From the NCBI RefSeq assembly GCF_037042905.1, contig NC_087251.1, positions 8,868,001 through 8,932,000 of the forward strand: DNA of 64,000 bases. Direction: 5' to 3'. The number at the start of each line of letters is the position of its first letter. Within the stretch, counting starts at the first letter, position 1. The translations under genes were made by a program, and so were the position numbers. A model generated the notes under the pieces. It saw only the letters and a list, made by a program, of their open reading frames with translations, searched no databases and had not been told where the DNA came from. The DNA comes from Lytechinus pictus (Eukaryota). Positions 37,875 through 50,302 of this stretch are shown in pieces.

Positions 37875-39374
37875 GGCATCAATTTGGCCTTTGGTTTTCA
37901 AATGTGCTTGATCATACGACGGATCGGATGGATCACTACAATCAGAATATTATGTAGTGATAAGAGAAGCAGAGGCGTCAGTCCCGGGGGGGGGGGGGGG
38001 GCAGGGGGGCGATCGCCCCCACCAATGCAAATACTGGGAGGCAAACGTATTGTTTCCCCCCCCCATAATTCCGGAAGTGCAAAAATAAAACAAGATTGTA
38101 ATGTTACACAGAAATCGGCAAGCGAGATTGAGATACACAACTCGTTCTTTATTTAAAATCGTGCTCAAAATGACTTCTTTTGAGATTGGAATATGACAAT
38201 TTTCAGCTCGCGCTTCGCACCCGCATCATTTTTTTTTAGCAAAAACCCATACTTTTCATGATTAAATAGGCGAACATAATGTCCCGTTTTCAGTTCTAAA
38301 CCTCAAAAGAGGTTCGCTTCGATTTTCAATATAAATCTTGTTCTTTATTAAAAACTTCCATTAATCTGTCAATTTTTTCAGATCGAAATGTCAAAATTTT
38401 CAGCTCGTGCGCTTCGCGCTCGCATCTATTGTTCTTTTTAGATACCCATCTTAATCATTGGTACCAAAAATACTTAGAATATCAAGCTTTGCAGGTCAGA
38501 ATATAAAGAAATTTCAGCTCGCTCTCGGTACTCGCATTATCTGTGTAGTGAGATATATCCTCCTCATGAGTCACTACAAACAGTCCTAACCAGGTACCTT
38601 TTTCCTGTTTTCAGTTCAGTATACTAAAAATGATTTGTTGGTGAGATGTGTCACTTTCTCATGAGTCATATATCATAGGCGGATCCAGCTTTTGGCGAAA
38701 GGGGGGGGGGCGCACTGCCGAGCGGCGCACATATTTTTGCACTTCACCGGCGCCATAAAAGAAAATGTTGAAAAAGGGGTAAAGTCTGACTCAGTCAAAT
38801 GCTCTTTTCAGAATGTAGGATTTCCAGTCATGCCATTTTGATTGACCACACGCAGATAATATTTCCGGGGGGGGGGGGGGGGGGCAAGACTCGAACTTAT
38901 TTTAAAAAATAAAATAAAAACGATAGAGTAAACGGACCGAGCTGCTCAATGGGGCGATTTTTTTTTACAAGTGTAATAAAAGTATTTGGTGCACATCTCA
39001 CATTTGCACATTTTTCATAGTTTTCATAAAATGTTAAGGAAAAAAAATGTGTTTTCACATCAGCTGATCGGGAATTTGCCCCCCCCCCCCATTCTCCCCC
39101 TTGCTGCGTACGACCATTCCCTGAAGTCCACTTAAACATATCTCATTATAACAGAAAATATACATCAATTTAAACATATAATCTTTCTAAAACATATAGG
39201 CCATATAGAGAGAGATTGAAAAACTTATTAAAGAAAGAAACAAGCAAAAAGTAACACAAATTATGCATGTTATGTGCGATTTCAAAATCTCGTGTACTAA
39301 CCTTTTTATTGCGATGAGGCCAATACTTTTGTATATTAATTGAGATACAATTTTTTTTACTATATATATATACA

Positions 39375-40267
39375 CAGGGGCGTCGATCCTTTTTTCAGGT
39401 GGGGGGGGGGGCAAAATCATGAATCAACTTTCCAAAGGCGCTCGATCACACAAAACAAACAAACTCACACACAAACACAAACACGCACACACACATATGC
39501 ATATATACAGTATATATATTTATTTATTTATGACTCATGAGATAGAGACACATATCTCACCAACAAATTAATGCGAGCGCGAGCTGAAATTTTTTAGTAT
39601 ACTGACCTGAAAACAGGAAAAAGGTGCCTGTTTAGGACTGTTTGTAGTAACTCATGAGGAGGATACATATCTCACTACACAGATAATGCGAGTGCCGAGG
39701 GCGAGCTGAAATTTCTTTATATTCTGACCAGAAAGCTTGATATTCTAAGCATTTTTGGTACCAATGATTAAGATGGGTATCTAAAAAAACAATAGATGCG
39801 AGCGCGAAGCGCGAGCTTAAAATTTTGAAATTTCGATCTGAAAAAAAATGACAGTTTAATTGAAGTTTTTTAATAAAGAACAGGATTATATCCAACAAAA
39901 GATTATTGCAAATCGAAGCGGGAGTTCATTTGAGGTTTAGAAATGAAAACGGGACATTCTATTCACCTATTAAATTATGGAAAGTATGGGTTTTGCTACA
40001 GAAATGATGCGAGCGCGAAGCGCGGGCTGAAAATGTTTATATTCCAATCTGAAAAGCGGCCAATTTGAGCATGATTTTAAATAAAGAACGAGTTGTGTAG
40101 CTCAATCTCGCTTGCTGATTTCTGTGTAACATTACCATCTTATTTTATTTTTGCACATGCGGAATCATGGGGGGGGGGGCCAAAACGATATGTTTGCCCC
40201 CCAATATTTTCATTGGTGGGGCGATCGCCCCCTCCTGCCCCCCCCCCCCCCAGGATCGACGCCTCTG
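39375..40267 (+). mobile_element. Intact 893-bp hAT-like non-autonomous element
   Basis: CAGGGGCGTCGATCC...GGATCGACGCCTCTG; 8-bp TSD TATATACA. Confidence 0.85.
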
Positions 40268-41099
40268 TATATACAATGATACTACATCATGAATCATTTG
40301 GAATACATCACAATCCAGGTTTATATATTACCATTCAATTTTCATGTACATGATGTATAGGCCTGTATACAGATTTGGTATTTATATATACATAATTATT
40401 GTGATGCTTTTCACTAAATATAATGCAATTTGTAACGATGAGTAATTTTTATCTAATTACTTTGATGAAACTGGATATAATGCTTATGACCTGAATTCAG
40501 AAAGAGATCCTTCAAGACAGATCTTTGGAAATAGTTCTCCAGTTTTACAGGTATCGTTATCTTTTTTTTACTTCTTCCTGAGTGATCAGATGAATAATAT
40601 TTAACTTAATGGAAGATGAAAATAAATCAAATTTCGTGGCGTAAACATTTAAACGTTAAAACAAAGGTATTGACAAACTGTATTAATACTTTGAAAATGA
40701 TATTCAGTGGTTTAAGGTCTAACGAATATACGTCTGGTTGCGTAATTATACACTCCCGGTATTAGCAACGGGTTTTAGCAAAGTTTTGGACTAAAATATC
40801 GAATCATCTTCATAAAACACTATAGTCATGATAGTAGCTGTCTTACACTAAAGGCCATAGAGGTGGCACAATGTGGAATGTGTAAAAAGAAAAGTGACTG
40901 ACCTTTTTTTATTAAAGCATTGGAAAATAAGATCAAAATTAAAGGATTTACTTTACACTTTTGTATGATTCTGGGATTTTTAAAATAACAAATTAAAGAT
41001 TTCATGACATCTGTGGGCAACTGCCCCGCCTCAGTCCACTCTGTAAGGGCATGCGATAAGCTTTGTTATTCGTTATGACCATTCAACAATACAATGTAT

Positions 41100-42010
41100 A
41101 ACCAGGTGCCGCTGATCATTCTTGACCGGCGCCGATCTAGATTTGGTTGGCAATAGGCCCTTCTTCATTATTGTACCGGCGCCTATTTATTGGAACCAGG
41201 GGCGCTGATTATTCTTGACCGGCGCCGAATTAAATTTAGGTGGCGCCGGTTAAGACAAAGGCAGCACCGATTCGTCTTGACCGGCGCCGATTTAGAACAA
41301 GTAGTGCTGATTATTTTACCGACGTCACGTAAGATTCAGGCAGCGGCAATTCATAATCGACTGGCGCCGATTTAGAACCAGGAGGCGCCGATTATTTTTG
41401 ACTGGCGCCGATTTTTAGCCAGGTGGTGCTGATTATTCTTGTCCGGCGCCGATTTAGATTTAGGTGGGGCTGATTATTCTTGATCGGCGTCGGTTAAGAC
41501 TCAGGCAGCGCCGATTTATAACCAGATGGCGCTGATTATTCGTGTCCGGCCCCGATTTAGATTTAGGTGGCGCTGATTATCCTTGATCGGCGCCGGTTAA
41601 GAACTCAGGCAGCGTCGATTTTTCTTTACCGGCGCCGATTTATAACCAGATGGCGCCGATTATTCTTGTCCGGTGCCGATTTAGATTTAGGTGGCGCTGA
41701 TTATCCTTGATCGGCGCCGGTTAAGAACTCAGGCAGCGTCGATTTTTCTTTACCGGTGCCGATTTATAACCAGATGGCGTCGATTATTCTTGTCCGGTGC
41801 CGATTTTGATTTAGGTGGCGCTGATTATTATCCTTGATCGGCGCCGGTTAAGACTCTGGCAGTGCCGATTTTTCTTGACTGGCGCCGATTTATAACCAAA
41901 TGGCGCTGATTATTCTTGACCGGCGCCGATTTAGATTTAGGTGGCGCTGATTATTCTTGATCGGCGCCAGTTATATGCAGGCAGCGCACTGCTAATTATT
42001 TTCAACCGGC
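41100..42010. repeat. GGCGCC-core minisatellite with higher-order structure
   Basis: About 20-bp monomers, 40-bp dimers, and a 124-126-bp period (TATAACCA at 41517, 41641, 41765, 41891). Confidence 0.85.
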
Positions 42011-43299
42011 GAAGTTGTTGGGGAAAAGGGTAGTTAAAAGAAAAAGATAAGGAAAATGATATGATTATGCTTTGCTGGGGGATAGCCTTTCCTTTACTTT
42101 TACTGTTGCTAATATTATATCAGTGTATAATTTTTTTAAGCGGCGTCTTTTCTTTTCTTTCCTTTATTTTTATTTTTTTCAGGCGGCGCCGAATATTAGG
42201 GGTGCGCGCGCCCCCTGTATCCGCCACTGTAAATATATATATATATATACATGCCTATGTGTTTGTGTGTGAGTATGTGTGCTTCTTTGTTTTGTGTGAT
42301 CGAGCGCCTTTGGAACGTTGATTCATGATTTTGCCACCCTCATCTGAAAAATGGATCGACGCCCCTAAAGAGAAGTATCAATTTACAAAGAAGATTAACA
42401 CTTTAAACTGGAAATTTGTTAACATTATTTTCATTAGCAAACCATATTTACATGCCACTCATGTATACACGATATGGGGATTTTTTAACATAACACTGAT
42501 AAAAGACAGCAGTTTAAGCTATTTGGAGAGGAACGAAGATACCCTGAATTTAATGCCTATAGGAGATTCACAAAATCATCGCCGGGTTCTTCATTCTTTA
42601 GTTGAGGTTCCGAGACATTTAACTCATTAAGAAAACATTCAGATTTGTAATGTTCTATCATATAGAATTGCAACAATATAAGGAGGGTGGAAAGTGAGCC
42701 GTCTTTTATTTAAATAATCAATAAGAAGTTCCTGTGTTTATATTACTTTTATTGAGCTGTAATGAATGTATCGATGTCATCAAGATCTATACCCTACATG
42801 ATGAAATAAACCTTCTTATCCCAAGACTCCTTGTGGGAAAAAATATATGAATACTGCTAAATGGCCGGTGGTATCATTGTCAACAGTATTTTTTTTTCAA
42901 GTAATAAAATTGATAGCAGTGTTTACCTACTTCGTATAAATTTATAAAATTAAGAATAAATACTTCAAACACATTTTCTTGATTTGTATCTTTGCATTAG
43001 GTCACAATCATCCAGTAAAGTGGAACTGAATGGCGTGTCTGATGGAATCAAAAGAATTTGATTGACAATCCATCAGAGTCGAACCGCCAGGATCGAAGTA
43101 GCGCCAATTATCCAGTATGCAATGAGCTTGTTATTAGCTCGGGATCTTCAGTAGCCATAAACAATTGGTTTGCAAAGACAAATGAAAAGGGTATATTTCT
43201 GCCGAAGGGATTTATGCCATAATCTGCAAAGGTGATGAACGGAGTGGATTACAATCTCGGGGGGCAAGCAATGAGACAATTGTTAGTAAGGGAATAGTG

Positions 43300-44400
43300 G
43301 AGATTAATATGACGAGCGAGTGACTAACAGCGTGACGAGCACGTTTACGAAGTTTGTTGAAAGTGGAAACATGCAGGGACCGAACAAAAGATCGGCAAGG
43401 GGTTAAAAAACAGGTTAACAAAATGGTGATGGTCAGACGAAAAATTATTACCACGGTGTGAAGAGAAACGAGACAGTCTAGTTGAAAAGTAGAAACATTT
43501 GAGTCGACAAAGTCTTTGATTAGCAATGAAGAAGGCTGGGTTGAAGAATAGCTCGACTAGGTTAACAAAAGGGTGATATGCAGGTTGACGAAAAGTAGCG
43601 ATCAGGTTGACGAATGGGTTATGAACAGGTTGACGAAGGGGTGACGAAAAGGTTGACGAAGGGGTGACGAAGAGTTCAAAAGGGGTGACGAACAGATTGA
43701 GGAAGCGTGGCGATCGGGTTGTCGAAGAGTCGACGAACAGGTTGATGAAGAGGTGGCGATCGGATTGACGAAGGGGTGACGAATGGCACGTTGGCGAAAG
43801 CATGGAAGGGTTGACAAACTTGTAGCGAATGGAATGACGATATGGTGACGACCGGGGATAAACAGTACACAAGTCGTTTTGACGAAGAAAGTGACAACTC
43901 ACTTTAAACGGGTATGATGAAAGGGTGACGAACAGATATAGAAGCAGGGTGATTAACATCAGTTTTGACAAGATGACGGCGAACGGAATGGCAAAGTAGC
44001 GACGATCCTCTAAACAAAATCTACACAGAACTGTGTAACGAGAAAAAGTGGCATTTCCATTCGAGAAGGGGTGACGATTTTGGTCGAAGAGAGTGTGACG
44101 GACAGGAAAGTAAGCTGGGTGACGAACTGCACGTTGCCAAGCTGGTGACGAACGGGTTGACGAAAGGGTCCGTGACGATAGTGACACGAACTAAAAAAAG
44201 ACATTTGGACGAGAAAAGCGACGATCCAAAGTGGGGGTGACGAACGGTGGGGTTGACAAGCGGATGACGAACTTGTTGACTGTTGACGAATGTGCGCGAT
44301 AACAGGGAAAATAATACAAATAATATTGTGATGAGATAATAGGCGATCAAGTTGAAAAGGGATTGACGAACGAGTTGATGTAAATGTGACTTTACAGGGA
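43300..44400. repeat. Degenerate TGACGAA-rich short-period repeat
   Basis: Recurrent GGTTGACGAA / GGGTGACGAA units of about 11 bp, purine-skewed on the plus strand. Confidence 0.75.
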
Positions 44401-44452
44401 AACGACTTTGGGACCGCAACGAAGGCGAGTGACTGGCGAACGGAGTGGTACG

Positions 44453-46624
44453 ATGTCATCTCAGGACAGTGAAACGAAAACTGTCAGTGAAGTACCAAAC
44501 TCAGTCAATACGGTTCAACCTAGGAACCTCACTGTGCAGGATAATCTGACAGCTAGTTCACCCACTTGTATTGACAATGAGGAGGGGTTTAATCAGACTA
44601 ATGAAATTATTTCGAATTATCATCGTGGTATGATTAAAACTAATGAACTACAAAAATCGCAACATCATGCGAGAAATACATTGAAGGCAATTCTCTCTAT
44701 AGGCCATGAACCGGAAAAAGAAGATGCAGCGACATTTTTCCGATCATCAAATATGCCAATTCCTCAAGAACAACACAGCCAAATGCTGCCGGCTACTGTT
44801 ATGGTATCGGCGGCCACAAACCTGACGGTAAATTCTTTACCAAAGCAACGGGTGATTCTACCAAAGGAGCAGATGATTCTCAAATCAGACAATGCTCCGA
44901 GGCTGGATAATGACGAATCATTAAATATCCGAAAACAACGCCCTGTGATGTTAAATCTTCATCGCGATAGCAAGGAAACGCTTGCCAGTTCAGCCACACG
45001 TAAAAATCAAGCTATTACCTTAAACATGGGTGCTCCGATATCTATCATCAATCATCAATCGCTTCCTCAATGCTCTGTGCTAGAAAGACCATTGTCACCC
45101 CCTATAAGGCCGATACGATTTGTCATCCCCCTTTCAGGTGACATTCATTCCCCAACTGACAAAAGCAACAGTATTCCAACCTCTGAAAATGAAAGTAAAA
45201 AGACCGGAAGCCACAAGCGTCATAAGACATCACCAGACTACCATGGTTTACAAACGTCCTGCGATTCCGACGCATCACCTCTTGCAAGTCAATTGACTTT
45301 AGTACAACCGTCACTGCCAGAATTGCTGTTTGCTGTTCCCATGCCAAGTACTGGGCCATCACCTACTGATGTCAATAGACCATCTTCGTATATGCAAACA
45401 GAGAACATCGCCAAATCGCAATTGCCACCTCTTGCAAAGATGTCTTCCCCATCATTTCTCAATCCTACCCCAAGTGATATATTCAGGAAACAGTCGTCAT
45501 ATGCACAACAAACAATGATTCCTGGAGATATCACTGTCAACAAGTCTAGTGTACCCCCTATACATCTATTTCCGAAAATGACAGATCCCTCTTCAAAAGT
45601 GTCCCCGACAACTGTATTGAATTTTTCCACATTACGAATGTCCCCACCCTCTTCACACGTATCCCCAGTCAATATGGATGCACCACTTAAAGTTTTTCAA
45701 TTCACCCCCCAAGATGATAAGGATCTACATCCTTATAACCAGTCACCAACTTCTCCTTGCAACCCCTTACAACCACCACTCTCTGGTTTTCCTTTGACAA
45801 GGTCCACAAGTACAACATCATTCCAAGATCCTACATATTTCCCCAGCTCACACATGCATATCACTGAACTTTCGCCCAATGATCAGTCGGCGGATTCCAA
45901 GCAGAATGACCGCACTTTCTCATTTGTAGACTTGTTAAATGACCAGCAAATGTTTACTGCACACGAAGCAACACTAAACAATAGCACCGATGTGCATGTG
46001 TCTTTCTCAACAACGTCCCCCGGTCAAGGACTACACTCACCTCAATCTGATGTTTCTCCTTCATGGGAAGCAAACAACAACAGCAACATGGGTCTACCCA
46101 GTCCGGGTTTAGGTGTACGACAGATACAATCACAATTTGTCTCTTTGAATGCCGCCATTGCCATCCCTCAAAGTGAGAATGTATTCGAATCTGAAGAATC
46201 ACTGCATCATCAAGGGAATCAATCAAAAACAAATAATAAGCCCAAAACAAAAAGTGACAATCTCGCTAGTCGTGTTACCTTCCAATGCTCTACTTGTTAC
46301 AAGGAATTCGATCAGAACATTTCCCTAAAAAATCACGAAAGAAGCCATCGAACAGACAAGGATCATCACTGTCGATTCTGTAATGAAGTATTTCATCTCA
46401 AAGTTCACTTGAGGCGCCACGAGCGTAATCACGCAAAACAGCTTCATATATGTCGTTATTGTGGAGTAAAGCTTGAATGTGATTATGATCTTGTCCAGCA
46501 TGAGCGGGAACATAGAGAAAATAATGAAAAGATGCTGAATATCTTTGCAAAGACGATAGGTACTTACAAGAAACGTAAAACAAAAGGAGATGATCCGTCA
46601 TCCAGCCAGGACGAGAAAGATTAA
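44453..46624 (+). CDS. C2H2 zinc-finger protein, about 723 aa, uninterrupted ORF, three C-terminal fingers
   Basis: ORF 44408-46624, first in-frame ATG 44453. Long S/P/T/Q-rich region, then CSTC..HERSH, CRFC..HERNH, CRYC..HEREH (46280-46513) and a basic KKRKTK tail. AATAAA near 47107. The true start could lie in an upstream exon. Confidence 0.85.
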   Translation: MSSQDSETKTVSEVPNSVNTVQPRNLTVQDNLTASSPTCIDNEEGFNQTNEIISNYHRGMIKTNELQKSQHHARNTLKAILSIGHEPEKEDAATFFRSSNMPIPQEQHSQMLPATVMVSAATNLTVNSLPKQRVILPKEQMILKSDNAPRLDNDESLNIRKQRPVMLNLHRDSKETLASSATRKNQAITLNMGAPISIINHQSLPQCSVLERPLSPPIRPIRFVIPLSGDIHSPTDKSNSIPTSENESKKTGSHKRHKTSPDYHGLQTSCDSDASPLASQLTLVQPSLPELLFAVPMPSTGPSPTDVNRPSSYMQTENIAKSQLPPLAKMSSPSFLNPTPSDIFRKQSSYAQQTMIPGDITVNKSSVPPIHLFPKMTDPSSKVSPTTVLNFSTLRMSPPSSHVSPVNMDAPLKVFQFTPQDDKDLHPYNQSPTSPCNPLQPPLSGFPLTRSTSTTSFQDPTYFPSSHMHITELSPNDQSADSKQNDRTFSFVDLLNDQQMFTAHEATLNNSTDVHVSFSTTSPGQGLHSPQSDVSPSWEANNNSNMGLPSPGLGVRQIQSQFVSLNAAIAIPQSENVFESEESLHHQGNQSKTNNKPKTKSDNLASRVTFQCSTCYKEFDQNISLKNHERSHRTDKDHHCRFCNEVFHLKVHLRRHERNHAKQLHICRYCGVKLECDYDLVQHEREHRENNEKMLNIFAKTIGTYKKRKTKGDDPSSSQDEKD

Positions 46625-47613
46625 GATTTAAGATAATGAAATAATTGTGATTCTATAGCATACACAAAGAGGTTCTTTTATATTGACATCTATGAATTTT
46701 TAAGAGACAATCAGTATCTAACGAAAAAAAATGTCATGGCGACAATTTCTTGCTTCTTATGGATTATAAGAAGTTATAAAATCGTGTGCTCATTTCGCAG
46801 GAATTTTTGTCTATTAATGATTTAGATGCATGAACTCGTAGTTTTTTGTGGAAGCTTTTACTTTACTCGCGATGTTGTACTATATGCTGTAAAAGTTTTA
46901 TAGGAGATTCGTAATAGATGCAACAGCGTCTTCTACAACTAAAGTCTGAAGAAACTTACAGCATCGCAATCTAGCAGGAGTTTACCGGTAAACTTTCTGA
47001 TGATAAACTTTTTATGTCGGCTGTAAGGATCTCGGGCATGCCTATTTCAATGAAATACATTAATTGACGAAATCAGAAAAGCTATACCATGCATGTTATG
47101 AGGTTAAATAAAATGTTACAATTTGCTTTGGAAATGTACTTCAGCTCAGTCAGAACGGGGGGGGGGGGTGTAATATAAAAATTAGTATTTACAATGAATT
47201 GAAGATTTTTTTTCGATGTTTTGTCATATAATTACATTTACGCTTAATTGAATTTATTGTACCTAATTTCAATTTATTTAGTTGTTTTGTGGGGGGGGGG
47301 ACTCAGACAAAGATCTCTATCATCATGATCATGTCGGTTACGATGAGTTATTTTCATTCAGTTAGCTAATATATGAATAATTCATACCTCGTTTCATTTC
47401 AAATTAATACTAAATGCATTTTCCGAGGTCTCTACTTAGGCAAGCTTGATTTTCGGCAAACCTTACTTCTTTCACATTTTCTCTCTTCACCTTATGTGAG
47501 TTATCAATGTAAATCCTTGTCGATTGATTCTTTCTCGTGGAAAGAAAAAAAAACCTGGATTTCAATTTTGCGATGTAAATTGCAGACGCGAAAAATAAAT
47601 GATTAAATATATA

Positions 47614-48792
47614 CAGTGCGTCCCCCCAAAAAAATTCCCTCTGATATGCAGCTAAATTACTTTCAAAATAAAAATTGTTTTCAATAAATTGTTCTAACTT
47701 CTATAAAAATTTCATTGGTCTCGCTTCAGTGATTTTGAAAACACAGTCTATTATGTTACAGTGGTGCTTTTCATCCCATTCCAAATATGCATGCATGCAG
47801 CACTGTGTTCTGCACTTTCTAGTATATCAACCCCACTGGTGGGTCCAGGGGGTGGGGGCACGGGTCGGCTGTGCCCCCCCCCCCTTGAAAGTGAAGACTT
47901 TCTTTTGGTTTATCTTTTTTCGGGTACGCAATATCCTTGATTTTTTGTTAAAACCCTTTTTTTTTTGCTTGTCAAATTATTCCTCGGAAAAATGTGCCCC
48001 CCTTTTGGAAAAATCCTGGATCCACCCTTGATCAACCCCCTTTGACCATTCTGACGAAGGAATTTTCTGATCTGACCAGGGAAATCTCCATGATCTATCC
48101 AGGCTCATCAAATCACAACCTTGAGCATATGAGTTCAGGAGGGCAAAAACAGACAGTTCATTTCATGTTTGATAACGAGAGATGCACAATGATTGAGACA
48201 ACAGGTCATATCTGTTTCATGCCTAATTCCAACAATACTGCATTTTTTTATGTACTTTTTTTTAGTTGATAAGCTACTGAGGTCAAATTAATTTAATGTT
48301 ACATTTTAAAAGAAAAAAGTCAAAATTTTCTCTGGTAAAGTTCCTTTTTGCAAAGGGTGATTAACTTGTGGATTCCCCTTTATTTTTCAGCTTATTTTAC
48401 TCATCCATCATTCACATTTTATGTCAAGTTGGTGCACTGATTCCCTTATCAATCATCAAACAAACTTATTTTTTTAATGTTTCTTGTCCTTCTGAACATG
48501 CCCAAGTTAATGATTTGATGAGCCTGGATATGATTAGAGAAATGACCCTACTCAGATCCTGGATGTAAAAATGGGGGTTATAGCCATAGACAATGCAGAA
48601 ATGCTGCAAACTTGGAATAGGCTGAAATGCACCAATGCTGAAGCACGGCCAATGAAATTTTCATAGAAGTTAGATCATGAAATGAGCTTTCTACTCATGA
48701 ACATTTATTTGAGAATACTACCATATTTTAGAATTAATTCAGCCCTATGTCAGAGGGACATTTTTTTTTTTTGGGGGGGGGGGGACGCGCTG
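47614..48792. mobile_element. Tc1/mariner-like non-autonomous element with long degenerate TIRs
   Basis: TA|CAGTGCGTCCCCCC...GGGGACGCGCTG|TA; inner IR TCTAACTTCTATAAAAATTTCATTGG / CCAATGAAATTTTCATAGAAGTTAGA. Confidence 0.75.
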
Positions 48793-50302
48793 TATACACA
48801 TATCAGGCCTTCTCAATATGAAGGTGACTCGTTGATTAAGACCCCCTGAACCAATTCCCAAATTATCAAAATGAGATATTTTCCCCCTTAACATAATGAC
48901 AATCATGACATGATATACTTCACTTATGACGAAATTTTTTATTTAAATGTCCTTTTCTCTTTTGCTCCAATGAATGCACGCATCTACCCTTTTTTCCATT
49001 GATGTCCTGAAGTAACACTTATCTGTAAATGAATTTTTTTAAATATGTGATTTCATTTTGAAAAACTGTCACTCTAAAAAGCACATAATGGTCTATCATC
49101 GTAATGAAATATGTATGTTACATTAAGAAGACATGTTTAGATATTAAATCATTGTATTTATTTTTCTGAGACATAAATGGCAAAATAAAGCATTTTCGTA
49201 TTATAAATTTACTTTCAAAAAAGGTCTTCTTTCTTTCATATTAATAAAAAATAAAATTAATGATAAGATCGTTTTCAATGTGTTCGCAGTCAATCCTCCA
49301 GCAACTTAAAAGTTGCTAGAGGATTGACTAAATTTCTTATGTTTTAGGAGACACAGCTGGTGAAAAATAGCGTTACCCCGACCAATCAATCGTATAAAAT
49401 GTATTTCAAACATTCAATTAATCTTCATGTTGATTGGTATATGGTTGGTTGAAAATCAAGAGATTAACTTCTGAAAACGCCCCTAACTATATGCAACTAA
49501 ACAATATTCTTTTATTAACAACTCTTTTCTTTCAAAATAATGATTAAAATCCTTTTGGCATTGAGCTCACGATTAAAATGAAATTTGGATTCATTAGGAG
49601 TCAAATTAATTATTTAAACACATCAAGCATGCAAACAAAACACCCTCAATTATCACATTGAATCATAATTCTTCTCACTGATACACATTGGAAACTAGCT
49701 GAAAGAACTGAATAACCTTTCACACATTCATCAAAGAAAGAAGGCAGATATATTATGCTTTAAATCTTTATTTCAGTTCAACAAATACGTTAAATTTCAT
49801 CCACCAATTTCTTGCAATAATGAAATCAATACTAAAAAATTCATAGAAGTCATGATGAAATATCTTGCATAATATCATATTCTGAAGTTCACAAGGTGAC
49901 ACAAAGTTTGGACGGTACTATTTTTTTTTTGGTATGAATTTGGACGGAACTATTAATGGAAGTATTCATATAACAAGTATACAAATATAAAATGTGTGGT
50001 TTGTGTGAGTAGTATCCAATGTAATTGGTACAAATTAACACAATTTAAAGTTGGGTTTATCAACCTCCAAATTCAGACATCATCTAAATGGTGGAAAGTC
50101 AATTCATAATGATCAAAGAGCCTCAAATTCTCCTTAAACAAATCAAACCTTGGGCCACTTAACCACAATGCTGTACACATGCATGACCACAGGTGTTCAA
50201 AAATAAAAATGACTCCCTAAATGCATTTTATAGGTCAAATTTATACTTTATTCACGTTTCATTTAAATTGTAACCCCCCCCCCCCCACAACTGTAATGCC
50301 AA

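Larger units (their letters stand above)
37970..42367 (-). mobile_element. hAT-like element split by a 3.56-kb insert
   Basis: 37970-38673 plus 42230-42367 together equal the reverse complement of 39375-40267; 8-bp TSD AAGAGAAG at 37962-37969 and 42368-42375. Confidence 0.75.

Noticed and set aside
40438..40550. Possible upstream exon of the zinc-finger gene ending CAG|GTATCG
   Set aside because: The ATG frame stops before the donor, the open frame lacks a start, and no compatible downstream frame was found.
41100..42010. CRISPR-like appearance of regularly spaced repeats
   Set aside because: The intervening segments are themselves repeated with a 124-bp period, there are no unique spacers or cas genes, and the context is eukaryotic.
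43345..44459. Long minus-strand ORFs (280, 149 and 132 aa)
   Set aside because: Overlapping open frames produced by a repeat that is stop-poor on that strand; low-complexity translations with no recognisable domain.
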